A stretch of DNA of 62,021 nt from a virus (Duplodnaviria; Caudoviricetes): the IMG/VR virus record IMGVR_UViG_3300012665_000376, positions 1-62,021 of that record, one strand, 5' to 3'. Below, one piece after another: positions 1 to 9,042 of this stretch (its first letter is position 1; every line of letters begins with the position of its first letter). The position numbers were made by a program, and so were the translations under genes. The notes below the pieces were generated by a model. The model ran no database searches. It worked only from the letters and a program-made list of their open reading frames with translations, and was not told where the DNA came from.

Positions 1-87
1 ATGGATTGGGTAGTGAAGTACGCTACCAAGAATCAAATCACAATGGCAACAACAGATTCCACTATCAGCAATTTAACACAACAATAA
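1..87 (+). CDS. 3' part of a small early protein that starts at 61971 and crosses the circular junction (45 aa total)
   Basis: 61971-62021 gives 17 codons (MELSTLHYAQRNLDIIA) that continue in frame into MDWVVKY...TQQ* at 1-87. Confidence 0.7.
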   Translation: MDWVVKYATKNQITMATTDSTISNLTQQ

Positions 88-88
88 T

Positions 89-283
89 ATGAAGACTATA
101 ACAATCAAATGGAGCACTAATGACGTGCACTCGCGCGCAGAAGATATGGGCGTAGAAATTACTGCAGAGCAAGCAGATGAAATCTTGCAGAATGTATTCG
201 ATAACCACGATGCTAATATCGGGGTAAATTGGGAGGTAATAGAATTCCACATAGAAGACTTTTTAGAAAACTTAAATCAATAG
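89..283 (+). CDS. hypothetical early protein
   Basis: 64-aa acidic ORF tightly packed in the early gene run. Confidence 0.75.
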   Translation: MKTITIKWSTNDVHSRAEDMGVEITAEQADEILQNVFDNHDANIGVNWEVIEFHIEDFLENLNQ

Positions 284-285
284 CA

Positions 286-501
286 ATGAGACAATCAGAT
301 AAACTTAAGCAATACCTAGCAGATTATATGGCAGAAATAGATGCCATTAACTTTTCCGAAAAAACTTACGAGGAACATTTCATTAAAAATATGAAACTAA
401 GGGATTTTGACTTACTAGCATATTGGCTACACTATAATGGTGTATTTGATGGCGGTGAAGAGATGCTAACAAAACTAAAAATATTAATAAATGAACAATA
501 A
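286..501 (+). CDS. hypothetical early protein
   Basis: ORF 229..501; ATG at 286 preferred because it follows the upstream stop. Confidence 0.65.
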   Translation: MRQSDKLKQYLADYMAEIDAINFSEKTYEEHFIKNMKLRDFDLLAYWLHYNGVFDGGEEMLTKLKILINEQ

Positions 502-673
502 CCTTATGACAAAGCACCAAGCAACCAAAGACCTAGCAGATAGATTGCTAGAAGAATTACGCACGAAATTAGCGGACAGAATGTACACGTCCGATGGCGG
601 AACTAATGGAGAGTTCTACGAAGAGTTTACTTTAATAGATGACATTCAAGCGCTTATCAGCGCACTAGACTAA
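491..673 (+). CDS. hypothetical early protein
   Basis: 60-aa ORF overlapping the upstream stop. Confidence 0.65.
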   Translation: MNNNLMTKHQATKDLADRLLEELRTKLADRMYTSDGGTNGEFYEEFTLIDDIQALISALD

Positions 674-708
674 ACACATATGAATCAAGAAGACTTAGCC
701 CACCTAAT

Positions 709-972
709 GTGGCTACTAAACAACAACAAATAATGACCAACCAACGCGAAAAAATTATCAATGCGATATTAGATTGTCGCATTACACCCGTAGAATATCG
801 GGAGATGGAGCACCTAGCAAAGTTATACACAGACGACCTGGTCGACGTGTTAATTAACGAATTGTACGAATTGCATAAAGCCTTGGAGGATAACACCTCT
901 AAGGCTAATGTAGAAAATCTTAAACTACTAGAAATTATAGCAAATGGCAACACATTTCAACGTGATAATTAA
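709..972 (+). CDS. hypothetical early protein
   Basis: 87-aa ORF in the co-oriented run; alternative start at 733. Confidence 0.65.
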   Translation: MATKQQQIMTNQREKIINAILDCRITPVEYREMEHLAKLYTDDLVDVLINELYELHKALEDNTSKANVENLKLLEIIANGNTFQRDN

Positions 973-1216
973 TCCTTTCAAGCAAAGGATGTGTGTGTAT
1001 GCCCGTGTCAACAAGGTTGACTGCGAGACAATTATCCCCTATGGGGAATTAGACGAATGGAATGCCTTTGAGTTCAATGGCAAGGTATTTGATATCCATT
1101 TACTTTACGAAGATGACATCGAGGTTAGTATTTATGAAGTTGTAGATGGGTCTACCGCTGAGTATCAAAACCCATCGCCAGTTAAATTAACTATCAGAAC
1201 TAAAGATGAATTCTAA
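944..1216 (+). CDS. hypothetical early protein
   Basis: 90-aa ORF in the co-oriented run. Confidence 0.7.
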   Translation: MATHFNVIINPFKQRMCVYARVNKVDCETIIPYGELDEWNAFEFNGKVFDIHLLYEDDIEVSIYEVVDGSTAEYQNPSPVKLTIRTKDEF

Positions 1217-1306
1217 AAACACCTATGTCGACCTTATAGAGGTTGCATTAATCATTTCAACAATATGCTTAGCTTATTATTTAATTGTATTATAAAACCA
1301 AACAAA

Positions 1307-1621
1307 ATGAAAAATCAAGAAAAAATTGAGTTCGATTACGCGTTGTATCAGATTGGATTATATGACGCTTACATTAATTACCATTCAGACCAATCATTTG
1401 AGATTATCTCTATCAGAAATGGGTATGCCATTGGATGGAGAGGTAACATCGCTACTAACGTCAGCGTTAGCGAAATCTACCTAGTCAAAAGACCGCGCAA
1501 GGTGTGGGTTCATATCATTGAATCGCCCGATGGATTACTAACGTCGCGCGTTACGGATTACCAAGATGCATCCACCTACAAGGGAAACACAATCGTTAAA
1601 CAAATCGAGGTAGAGATATGA
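1307..1621 (+). CDS. hypothetical protein
   Basis: ORF 1265..1621; start at 1307 preferred because it follows an AACCAAAC leader. Confidence 0.7.
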   Translation: MKNQEKIEFDYALYQIGLYDAYINYHSDQSFEIISIRNGYAIGWRGNIATNVSVSEIYLVKRPRKVWVHIIESPDGLLTSRVTDYQDASTYKGNTIVKQIEVEI

Positions 1622-1851
1622 GAAAGTTATCAAATGAATTAGTAATCATTTTAGTGGGCGTCGTATGTATAATCGGCGTCGCACTAACAATGTATCTAGC
1701 CCGTGATACGGCTAAGTACACAATTAAAACCGAGTTTAGTACCTATTGCGCGAACACCTTTAGAGTATACGGACACGGCATAACCTTTACATCAATTGAT
1801 GGCAAGGTAGTAGTAACCCAAGGAAATTTTGAAATCATTTTAAACAAATAA
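1618..1851 (+). CDS. small membrane-anchored protein
   Basis: N-terminal hydrophobic helix LVIILVGVVCIIGVALTMYL; ATGA overlap with the upstream gene. Confidence 0.7.
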   Translation: MRKLSNELVIILVGVVCIIGVALTMYLARDTAKYTIKTEFSTYCANTFRVYGHGITFTSIDGKVVVTQGNFEIILNK

Positions 1852-1854
1852 ATT

Positions 1855-2097
1855 ATGACACCTTACGAAAAAGCTAAAGACTTAGTACGCAGATACTATC
1901 AGATAATTCCAAACTTTGACACTGCAAAGGATTGCGCGGGCTTAGCGGTATATGAATTAATTGAGGATAGAATTAACAAGGGTCTAGGTGCTGAAGACTT
2001 ACAGCAACTGCGCATAGAGATTTATGCGCTAGGTAGCCCTCATATTAATACAGAGGCGAGAGCAGACAGATTTAATGAAGAACTTAACAATAACTAA
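1855..2097 (+). CDS. hypothetical phage protein
   Basis: 80-aa ORF beginning MTPYEKAKDLV. Confidence 0.7.
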   Translation: MTPYEKAKDLVRRYYQIIPNFDTAKDCAGLAVYELIEDRINKGLGAEDLQQLRIEIYALGSPHINTEARADRFNEELNNN

Positions 2098-2109
2098 ACA
2101 ACAGAAATA

Positions 2110-2382
2110 ATGAGAAAAGTATTAGGAACATATTTGACAGAATCAGGTGCAAGAAAAGAAATCTATGAAGTGTTTAACCCTAACATAGATACAAGTAAGT
2201 TAATCCAAGGTCAAAGATACCTTGTAGAGTATCGATTAATGAACAAGTTGGTATCCGACTTTGGCGTATTCCTTGAGGGTACGGCAGACTTTCGTACACT
2301 AATCTTTACGCATCCCCGTGAGATGTTTAGGACTATTGGTATTCCGACAATGAATATAAATAATCTCACATTGGTTGACTAA
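2110..2382 (+). CDS. hypothetical protein
   Basis: 90-aa ORF. Confidence 0.7.
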   Translation: MRKVLGTYLTESGARKEIYEVFNPNIDTSKLIQGQRYLVEYRLMNKLVSDFGVFLEGTADFRTLIFTHPREMFRTIGIPTMNINNLTLVD

Positions 2383-2405
2383 TTAAAACTAATGTTGTAC
2401 ATTTG
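2375..2405 (+). promoter_or_regulatory. Bacteroidota sigma-type promoter for the replication operon
   Basis: TTG (2375-2377), 20-nt spacer, TACATTTG (2398-2405), matching the -33/-7 TTG/TAnnTTTG consensus. Confidence 0.75.
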
Positions 2406-2414
2406 AATCGTTAC

Positions 2415-2509
2415 ACCGAATGAGTTGAAGTTGCGGTCATCTCATTCGGTATTCAAGGCAACTTGAACCGCCCCCTTTCCTGCGCAACAAGGTTTGGGGG
2501 CTTATTTTT
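2415..2509 (+). ncRNA. structured leader (three hairpins ending in a terminator-like stem), candidate attenuator
   Basis: ACCGAATGAG/CTCATTCGGT 10-bp stem; TTCAAG-GCAA-CTTGAA; GCCCCC...GGGGGC followed by TTATTTTT. Confidence 0.6.
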
Positions 2510-2512
2510 GCT

Positions 2513-2731
2513 ATGAACACACAACCAACTTGCGAAGAACTAGAGATAATGTGCCATCGTGCGGTACTTAATGTAAGAAAAGTGCACCTAGAGCAGGAAA
2601 TTAAGTCTTATTCCCAGTTGTTTAAGTATGCTACACCTGAAATGGAGGCATTTGAGAAATTGGTATATATAGTCGATGGTCTAGTTAAAGACTTGAGCGA
2701 AGTAAACGAGAAGCTAACACAAGCAATATGA
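2513..2731 (+). CDS. hypothetical helical protein
   Basis: 72-aa ORF overlapping the initiator start (ATGA). Confidence 0.7.
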   Translation: MNTQPTCEELEIMCHRAVLNVRKVHLEQEIKSYSQLFKYATPEMEAFEKLVYIVDGLVKDLSEVNEKLTQAI

Positions 2732-3375
2732 ATTTTATTACAATCCCATATGATTTATTGGCGCGTACAGACTTGACCGCATCAGAAAAGAATCTGATGG
2801 GATTGCTTAATAGTTTGTCCGCTAGGGAGGGTTATTGTTTTGCAAGTAACCAATACCTAACAGATGCCTTGGGGATGAAACTTGAAGCGACAAGAAAGTG
2901 TCTATCAAGCCTTGAGGCTAAGAAATTAATTACGCGTACCATTAAGAGAAAAGAGAATAACGAGATAGAATCTAGGGAGATAAGATTGGCTACCCCTATG
3001 GTAATACATTCCCATACCCCTATGGTAACTGATTACCATACCTCTGGTAATACATTACCACATAATAAAGAATATAATAAAAAAGAAAATAATAACTCTA
3101 TTGAACGCTTCGAAGAGTTTTGGAATATCTACAATAAACGCATAGGTAAAGAAAAAACAAAAGCTAAGTGGGCTAAGCTAAAACAAAAAGAAGTAGATGC
3201 AATATTTTTAGCATTACCTAGTTACATAGCTAGTAGAGAAGTAAAATATAGAAAAGACCCCGAAAGATATCTTACTCATAGAGTATGGGAGGATGAAGTT
3301 CTTAGCGACGCTACTGCTTCAGTTCCACTATCAGCAAATAAACTAACTGAAATCATAATACCAGACAACTTTTAA
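2728..3375 (+). CDS. replication initiator (N-terminal winged HTH, replisome-organizer type)
   Basis: N-terminal LTASEK...GYCFASNQYL...L HTH signature; C-terminal FEEFWNIY...K...YRKDPERYL...WED domain; internal iterons; directly upstream of DnaB. Confidence 0.85.
   Translation: MNFITIPYDLLARTDLTASEKNLMGLLNSLSAREGYCFASNQYLTDALGMKLEATRKCLSSLEAKKLITRTIKRKENNEIESREIRLATPMVIHSHTPMVTDYHTSGNTLPHNKEYNKKENNNSIERFEEFWNIYNKRIGKEKTKAKWAKLKQKEVDAIFLALPSYIASREVKYRKDPERYLTHRVWEDEVLSDATASVPLSANKLTEIIIPDNF
2999..3095. repeat. replication origin: three palindromic iterons plus AT-rich unwinding element
   Basis: TGGTAA-N4-TT(A/C)CCA at 2999-3014, 3023-3038 and 3045-3060, followed by an A-rich tract, all inside the initiator gene (lambda O-like layout). 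Confidence 0.8.
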
Positions 3376-3377
3376 TA

Positions 3378-4799
3378 ATGAATCATATCCACGACAAACT
3401 GCTAGAGGCAGATGTTATTGCCTACTTACTTGATAAGCCACACCTAGTCAAGGATGCGGTAAAGATTATAGGAGAGAAAGCGTTTACAGAACCTTTGTTT
3501 ATCCACTCATTTAACGCGATGGTTGCGTTTTATTTAGATAACAAGGCGTACACTCGTTTTGATATTTTTAAGCGCTTAGGAGCAAACGAATACCTTAGCT
3601 CTAAAGAGTCGCAATCTATTCTAACGCTAATGCCTTTGGGTACTATTGAGTTGTTATCAGCGTGTCAGGAGTTGCGCTCTAATGAAAAGAAACGTTCCTA
3701 TCAGCAGTTAACTAATGAGATAACTTTCGCCCTTAACTCTGGCGAGGATGTAACAACGATACAGACTATCATAGAGCAAGGGATTACGGGTATAGAAGAA
3801 GATAATGTTAGTAGCGAGGTGTATTCACTTGGCGACGTTTATGACAACGTAATGGACAAGTTAGAGTTGAATGCAGGTAACGTAAAGTTTTCAGGTATCG
3901 ACACGGGTTCTAGGAAGTTAAACTATGCGCTAGGCGGATGGCAGGAGGGTATGATTGTCGTAGCGGCGCGTCCCTCTATGGGTAAGACTATCGTTGGGTT
4001 AGATTTTGCCAAAGCCTCCGCTAAGTCAGGTAAGCGCGTGCTATTCCTATCGTTAGAGATGCCAAAGGAGTCGCTGATGTATCGTTACATTTCATCCGAA
4101 GCACCTGAGTACAAGTATTCAGATATCAAAGCTAATCGTATCACACAAGAAGACGTAGCTAAGATTAGATTATCTAATGCTAGAGAACTTAAGCGATTGC
4201 CTATATTCTTTTACGATTCAGATAATCGAGACATCAACTACCTATCGATGGTATTGACAACAGAATGTCGCAAGAACAAAATTGACATTGTAGTCATCGA
4301 CTATATGCAATTGATTCGTGACAATCAGATGCGTGGTCAGGACGACTTTAGTCAGGTATCGTCTGTGTCTAATAAGATTCAGAAACTTACTAGGAAGCTA
4401 AACATTCCAATCATTTGCCTTAGTCAGCTATCGCGTGGAGTAGAGGGTAGGGGAGACAAGCGTCCGCAGTTATCTGACATTAGAAGTTCAGGTAACATTG
4501 AGCAAGATGCGTCTGTTGTTATCGGTCTGTATAGACCATACTACTATGCTCAGGCTGAAGCGCGCGCAAATAATCAACCTACGCCTCCCAATGATTATAC
4601 CCTAGAGTTTGTATTGCTTAAGAATAGGGATGGTATGACAGGTGGTGTGGTTAGGTATTGTGATGTAACTACGAATAGAATTGCTGACGAAGAAGATGAG
4701 TTGTTTAGGTTTACGGCAATAGAGCCAGCCTATAGGAATTCAGTCCTTTCTAAGATGGAAGTTGACTTTGATAACGATGTAAAAATAGAACCATTTTAA
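3378..4799 (+). CDS. dnaB: replicative DNA helicase (DnaB family)
   Basis: Walker A AARPSMGKT, FLSLEM, VIDYMQL, LSQLSR, RPQLSDIRSSGNIEQDA, KNRDG motifs. Confidence 0.95.
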   Translation: MNHIHDKLLEADVIAYLLDKPHLVKDAVKIIGEKAFTEPLFIHSFNAMVAFYLDNKAYTRFDIFKRLGANEYLSSKESQSILTLMPLGTIELLSACQELRSNEKKRSYQQLTNEITFALNSGEDVTTIQTIIEQGITGIEEDNVSSEVYSLGDVYDNVMDKLELNAGNVKFSGIDTGSRKLNYALGGWQEGMIVVAARPSMGKTIVGLDFAKASAKSGKRVLFLSLEMPKESLMYRYISSEAPEYKYSDIKANRITQEDVAKIRLSNARELKRLPIFFYDSDNRDINYLSMVLTTECRKNKIDIVVIDYMQLIRDNQMRGQDDFSQVSSVSNKIQKLTRKLNIPIICLSQLSRGVEGRGDKRPQLSDIRSSGNIEQDASVVIGLYRPYYYAQAEARANNQPTPPNDYTLEFVLLKNRDGMTGGVVRYCDVTTNRIADEEDELFRFTAIEPAYRNSVLSKMEVDFDNDVKIEPF

Positions 4800-4800
4800 T

Positions 4801-5028
4801 ATGCCAATTAGAAGTTTAGAAGAAAAGGCAGAGATTGAAGCAATTGAAGCCAAAGAAAAGGAAGCTAAAGAAAAAGCGACTCCTAAAAAAAGAAAACCCA
4901 AAGTTGACTCTTGGTACAAAGATATGTTATCAACGGGGGCGATTCCAAACTGGGATGGTGGTATATACATTTCAGAAGGAATGTATTTATATCCCGATGG
5001 AGAACTAAGAGACGAAGATGATGAATAA
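4801..5028 (+). CDS. hypothetical protein
   Basis: 75-aa ORF between the helicase and the nuclease. Confidence 0.7.
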   Translation: MPIRSLEEKAEIEAIEAKEKEAKEKATPKKRKPKVDSWYKDMLSTGAIPNWDGGIYISEGMYLYPDGELRDEDDE

Positions 5029-5809
5029 TAATATGAATGTATACCAAGAACTCAAGAAGTTTTCACATATTAAATACTATGACGAACCTCATATCTATTT
5101 AATTGGAGACCAACAACTTACATCAGGAACTGCTTTTGTTGGCAAGTTTAAGCCTGAGTTTAACTCAAAGTTTATGGCTAAGAAAGTAGCCGAAAAGCAA
5201 GGCATTCCAGTTGAAGATGTCCTTGCCGAATGGGATTACAAACGAGAGTTTGCAGGTATGAAAGGCACACTAGTACACAACTTTGCTGAGAACTATTGGT
5301 TTAATAAGATATTCCCATACAACTCCCAGGTCGTTATAGACAAATTCGGCGAAGACCATATCAAAGAAAGATATGACAGATGCGTGGAAATGTTTCTTGA
5401 TTTCTATCGGGATTCATCTAGCGCTTTAACGCCAGTTGCAATGGAGTTGGTTATTGGGGATGCTGAGCTAGGAGTAGGCGGTATGGTGGATTGTTTGTTC
5501 TATAATGAGAAACTTAAAGAGTATCAGATTTGGGACTACAAGACCAACAAGCAGATACGAATGAAGTCGGACTATCGCAAGCGTTTCAAAGCGCCTATCT
5601 CTTTTATAGAGGAGTGCGAGTTCGAAGCGTATTCGCTTCAGCTAAATTTATATAAATACATCATAGAAAAGAATACCAACATTAAGATTGGTCGCTTGTA
5701 CTTGGTGTGGTTGTTTGAGGAGAATGAAAGTTATCAAGTAATTGAATGTAAGGATTATCAAAGTACAATAGAATTAATGTTCAAGAATTTTAAACCAACC
5801 AAACAATGA
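5018..5809 (+). CDS. PD-(D/E)xK exonuclease (RecB/Cas4-like recombination nuclease)
   Basis: GTLVHNFAE, GGMVD...IWDYKT and YSLQLNLY motifs. Confidence 0.85.
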   Translation: MMNNNMNVYQELKKFSHIKYYDEPHIYLIGDQQLTSGTAFVGKFKPEFNSKFMAKKVAEKQGIPVEDVLAEWDYKREFAGMKGTLVHNFAENYWFNKIFPYNSQVVIDKFGEDHIKERYDRCVEMFLDFYRDSSSALTPVAMELVIGDAELGVGGMVDCLFYNEKLKEYQIWDYKTNKQIRMKSDYRKRFKAPISFIEECEFEAYSLQLNLYKYIIEKNTNIKIGRLYLVWLFEENESYQVIECKDYQSTIELMFKNFKPTKQ

Positions 5810-6093
5810 AAGACGTACTAGAAGACAAACTAGAAGACATCTTAGAGGAGGTTAAGATTTCCCTGAGAGGTGCGTATCATCGTGGCTATGTCCACGGCGA
5901 GCAAGGGCAAGCCCTTATTAATCAGAAGTTATCTAATCCCAAGTTAATTCTTGGCGATTTCATCAAGTTTATCAAGACTTATAAGATGACAATGCTTGAT
6001 GGAGAAATTAAGTTCTCTAACAACGACTACGTTTATATGGATGAGAATATCATAAACCTATTCTTACTCAAGTACGACTATGACGCGGAGTAA
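5806..6093 (+). CDS. hypothetical protein
   Basis: 95-aa ORF with AACCAAAC leader. Confidence 0.7.
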   Translation: MKDVLEDKLEDILEEVKISLRGAYHRGYVHGEQGQALINQKLSNPKLILGDFIKFIKTYKMTMLDGEIKFSNNDYVYMDENIINLFLLKYDYDAE

Positions 6094-6349
6094 ATTATTG
6101 CTTTTTAATAAGACCAAGAGGTATATCACTGAGCTTGGGTATCTTTACTATATGGTTCCTGATGCAGGCAGTATAATGTTATTGAAAAATGGTGGAGACA
6201 ACAACCACTACCTGATGATTGTAATCACGGGACGCAATAGACTATGGGAATACGAGCGACGTCATTTCAGTATGGCTACGTTATATCCTGAGAAGTTTGA
6301 AGATGTAGAAAAAGGAATCGCTAAATACCTGGGCAATGGATATATGTAA
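6080..6349 (+). CDS. hypothetical protein
   Basis: 89-aa ORF overlapping both neighbours. Confidence 0.65.
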   Translation: MTRSKLLLFNKTKRYITELGYLYYMVPDAGSIMLLKNGGDNNHYLMIVITGRNRLWEYERRHFSMATLYPEKFEDVEKGIAKYLGNGYM

Positions 6350-6530
6350 ATGTAGTGGCAAAGATTGCCCACACAAAGAAAAGTGCTATCGGTTTACCGC
6401 TAAAGCAGATGAATATCAGGCTTATTTTTTGACGCCACCTGTCGATAAAGATGGTAAATGTGACCATTACTGGGGAGAAAAGTCAGAGTCTATTTGGAAA
6501 CAATTAAAAGATATTGTAAATGGCAAATAA
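6336..6530 (+). CDS. small Cys-rich (putative Zn-binding) protein
   Basis: DICKCSGKDCPHKEKCYRF...CDHYW. Confidence 0.7.
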   Translation: MDICKCSGKDCPHKEKCYRFTAKADEYQAYFLTPPVDKDGKCDHYWGEKSESIWKQLKDIVNGK

Positions 6531-6759
6531 AACAGCAATGCAAGAACTATTGGAATGGACAAGGAAAACATTCCCAATGGACTTGGACACTCCAAGGATG
6601 ATTGAAGATAAGATTGAGTCATTATTGGTTGTAGAACGTGAGCAGATTGAGGATGCTTATAATTATGGATATTTAGACTATCAGATATTAGCTCACGATG
6701 ATGCTACCCAGTATTACGAAGTAAATTACGGAAAACCAAAGCCCGCACCTTTCGCTTAA
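6520..6759 (+). CDS. hypothetical phage protein
   Basis: KTAMQEL...EREQIEDAY...YY pattern typical of small Bacteroidota phage proteins. Confidence 0.7.
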   Translation: MANKTAMQELLEWTRKTFPMDLDTPRMIEDKIESLLVVEREQIEDAYNYGYLDYQILAHDDATQYYEVNYGKPKPAPFA

Positions 6760-6768
6760 ATAAAATGT

Positions 6769-6957
6769 ATGGAAAATAAATCAATATTTCTCTACCCATA
6801 TGTGTTCTGGAGGAACGTATATGAAGACCTATGGTACGCTATCCCTCGCGAACATTACTCCGAGTTTTGGAATGGCAACAAAGATGTCGCTATGAAAGCG
6901 CAGTATATGGAAGACTTAGTTAAACAATTAACATACGACGAAGATGAAGAAGATTAA
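6769..6957 (+). CDS. hypothetical protein
   Basis: 62-aa aromatic-rich ORF. Confidence 0.65.
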   Translation: MENKSIFLYPYVFWRNVYEDLWYAIPREHYSEFWNGNKDVAMKAQYMEDLVKQLTYDEDEED

Positions 6958-7186
6958 ATTAATGCATTACAAGTCAGCAGACGCAAGCGAGGTTTGTGTG
7001 GTTGACTACAACGAACTTAGAGTAAACTACTATGACAAAGCAGGAAACTACCGCTACCGATTACTTGGAGCGGTCAACGACAGAATTGAAGCTAACCTGT
7101 CCTATCACGGATGGACTAAAACAAACGCCTCCACTATCAGCAAATTTAGAGATGCAGTTCAAGAGATACAACTTCAGGAGAGTTAG
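6944..7186 (+). CDS. hypothetical protein
   Basis: 80-aa ORF. Confidence 0.65.
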   Translation: MKKIKLMHYKSADASEVCVVDYNELRVNYYDKAGNYRYRLLGAVNDRIEANLSYHGWTKTNASTISKFRDAVQEIQLQES

Positions 7187-7409
7187 AGGTTACTACCTTA
7201 AACTCTGGGGAATCATATACCGCGCAGAGAAATATCAGGATGTTCCTAGAGAACTGCGCTATGGTATTGTCCCCCATATTAGATTATTTGAATGGTATTT
7301 TTATAAGGTAGATGTACGATGGCAGACGATGCAAAGAATGAAAACTATGAGAAAGCCATACAGTGGGCTACAAAATATCTTGAAGAGAATATTCAGCCGA
7401 AAGAAGTAA
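7152..7409 (+). CDS. hypothetical basic protein
   Basis: ORF 7032..7409; start at 7152 minimises overlap and fills the gap between neighbours. Confidence 0.45.
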   Translation: MQFKRYNFRRVRGYYLKLWGIIYRAEKYQDVPRELRYGIVPHIRLFEWYFYKVDVRWQTMQRMKTMRKPYSGLQNILKRIFSRKK

Positions 7410-7558
7410 GGTACAAGCAGGGCGTTATTTGTCATAGCGACATTGATATGGTTAAGACTAATCTTAATAGATTAATTCACGCCAAAGGACGTGCGCAACA
7501 GGCATCTTACAGGCAGATAAGAGAATTTAAGATTTATTTGTCTCAAAATTTGACTTAA
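7319..7558 (+). CDS. hypothetical protein
   Basis: 79-aa ORF. Confidence 0.65.
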   Translation: MADDAKNENYEKAIQWATKYLEENIQPKEVRYKQGVICHSDIDMVKTNLNRLIHAKGRAQQASYRQIREFKIYLSQNLT

Positions 7559-7580
7559 GAAAAACGTTTACCTATCTTTG
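7549..7580 (+). promoter_or_regulatory. Bacteroidota-type promoter
   Basis: TTTG (7549-7552), 20-nt spacer, TATCTTTG (7573-7580). Confidence 0.8.
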
Positions 7581-7722
7581 AGTTAGGTTGAAAGAAGTTA
7601 GACACCATTTTACCCAAAACGCAAAGTCTCATCGTTAGTAGGGAGCCGAGCAAGTATAGTTAAATGAGTTGGTGTGAGGTTAGCTATTGACAGCTGGAAA
7701 GACAGCAATTTTTTAAAGATAT

Positions 7723-7974
7723 ATGATAAAGAAAATAATACTAGACCGTATGAATAATATGCGGGCTAAACTCAAAGAAGCGAATCACGAGAAATTGACT
7801 AAGTATGTCAGCGAAGAACGTTGTGACGAGTATAAGACTAGAATAGACGAACTGCAGTGGCTACTTAAGAAAGTAAGTATGGCTGAAAAAAATAAGTCTA
7901 TTGTATCAGATAAAGAGCAGTTGACTGAAGATATTGTTAATGAAGTTATTGGACGATTATCCTCAAAGATGTGA
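7723..7974 (+). CDS. hypothetical protein
   Basis: 83-aa helical ORF. Confidence 0.65.
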   Translation: MIKKIILDRMNNMRAKLKEANHEKLTKYVSEERCDEYKTRIDELQWLLKKVSMAEKNKSIVSDKEQLTEDIVNEVIGRLSSKM

Positions 7975-8222
7975 TTATGATAGATAAAATACTTGAATAC
8001 TTTAACGAAGAAACTCAGTTAATTAAAGCAGATGGATTCGATGATGCTATCATTGGTTTAGAACAACAACAAATGAAGTTGGTTTATTCTGTGCCTATGT
8101 GCATTGAAGTTTTAGTAAAAGATGGTATGTCTGTAGATGATGCTATTGACTACTTTGAATTTAATGTAAGAGGTGGGCTAGGCGCTGAATCGCCTTTGTT
8201 TGTTGACACTGACTGGGACTAA
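7971..8222 (+). CDS. conserved-type phage hypothetical protein
   Basis: ADGFDDAIIG...VYS...DAIDYFEFNV motif, a common small phage protein pattern. Confidence 0.75.
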   Translation: MIMIDKILEYFNEETQLIKADGFDDAIIGLEQQQMKLVYSVPMCIEVLVKDGMSVDDAIDYFEFNVRGGLGAESPLFVDTDWD

Positions 8223-8683
8223 TGCCTAAAATAGATTTCCACCGAACAGACTGTAGAGAATGTCACAATCCACACGAGTTAAGAATTGTAAGGAGATGCC
8301 TTGATAGAACATTCCGATGTGAGAAATGTGGGTATCCACACCTAGTTGAAATGACAACTAATGGATTCTTTCATCTTCACAAACGAAATGAACGAAACAA
8401 GATTTACCTGCGCAAAAAAGAAATGTGGGATAACGAAGCTTACTTGAATGATTTGATTAGAAAGAAGATTAAGCGTTTCTCAGGTAAATATAACAAAGAG
8501 CTACTAAATAAATTCTACAAAGAGGGCAAGTGGCTATGGGTATTAAAAGCCCGTAAGATGTTTATTGAAGAGGCTCATATGCTAGGTATATCCGCTTGGA
8601 ATATATTTAAGTTCTTTAGAAACAACGGCGGTATAATTGACCTGCGAACTATACAATCATACATAAACCAAACAACAACGTGA
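8222..8683 (+). CDS. Zn-ribbon protein, possible DNA-binding regulator
   Basis: CRECH...CEKCG pair of CxxC motifs; basic, helical C-terminus. Confidence 0.6.
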   Translation: MPKIDFHRTDCRECHNPHELRIVRRCLDRTFRCEKCGYPHLVEMTTNGFFHLHKRNERNKIYLRKKEMWDNEAYLNDLIRKKIKRFSGKYNKELLNKFYKEGKWLWVLKARKMFIEEAHMLGISAWNIFKFFRNNGGIIDLRTIQSYINQTTT

Positions 8684-9042
8684 AAAAAACAAGAGCACTT
8701 AATGACCAAGAAGTCAGAGATATGGTCGCCTATTATGCTAAGTGTCAGTCGCTTAGAGACTTTATAGACGAGAAAGTTGTTCCATCTAACTTTCATTATC
8801 AGAAAGTAAAGCAGTACACCAACCTGCTTGTAAAAGAATTAGAGGGTCAAGTTGACTTTTTGATAAAGCTAAACAATAGCGAAAACATAGAGGCGCTAGT
8901 CGAGCAGTTTGTAGATTGCTCAGTGCAAGCTGATTATCTATATGATATAGCTTTAAATATGGAGCTACTAGAAGAGAATAAAAAAATAGAATGTGCAACC
9001 AGAGTATCAGCAATTTTTAGAGAATATGGAGTTGAAAAATAG
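8680..9042 (+). CDS. hypothetical protein
   Basis: 120-aa ORF, GTG start after an AACCAAAC leader. Confidence 0.65.
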   Translation: MKKTRALNDQEVRDMVAYYAKCQSLRDFIDEKVVPSNFHYQKVKQYTNLLVKELEGQVDFLIKLNNSENIEALVEQFVDCSVQADYLYDIALNMELLEENKKIECATRVSAIFREYGVEK

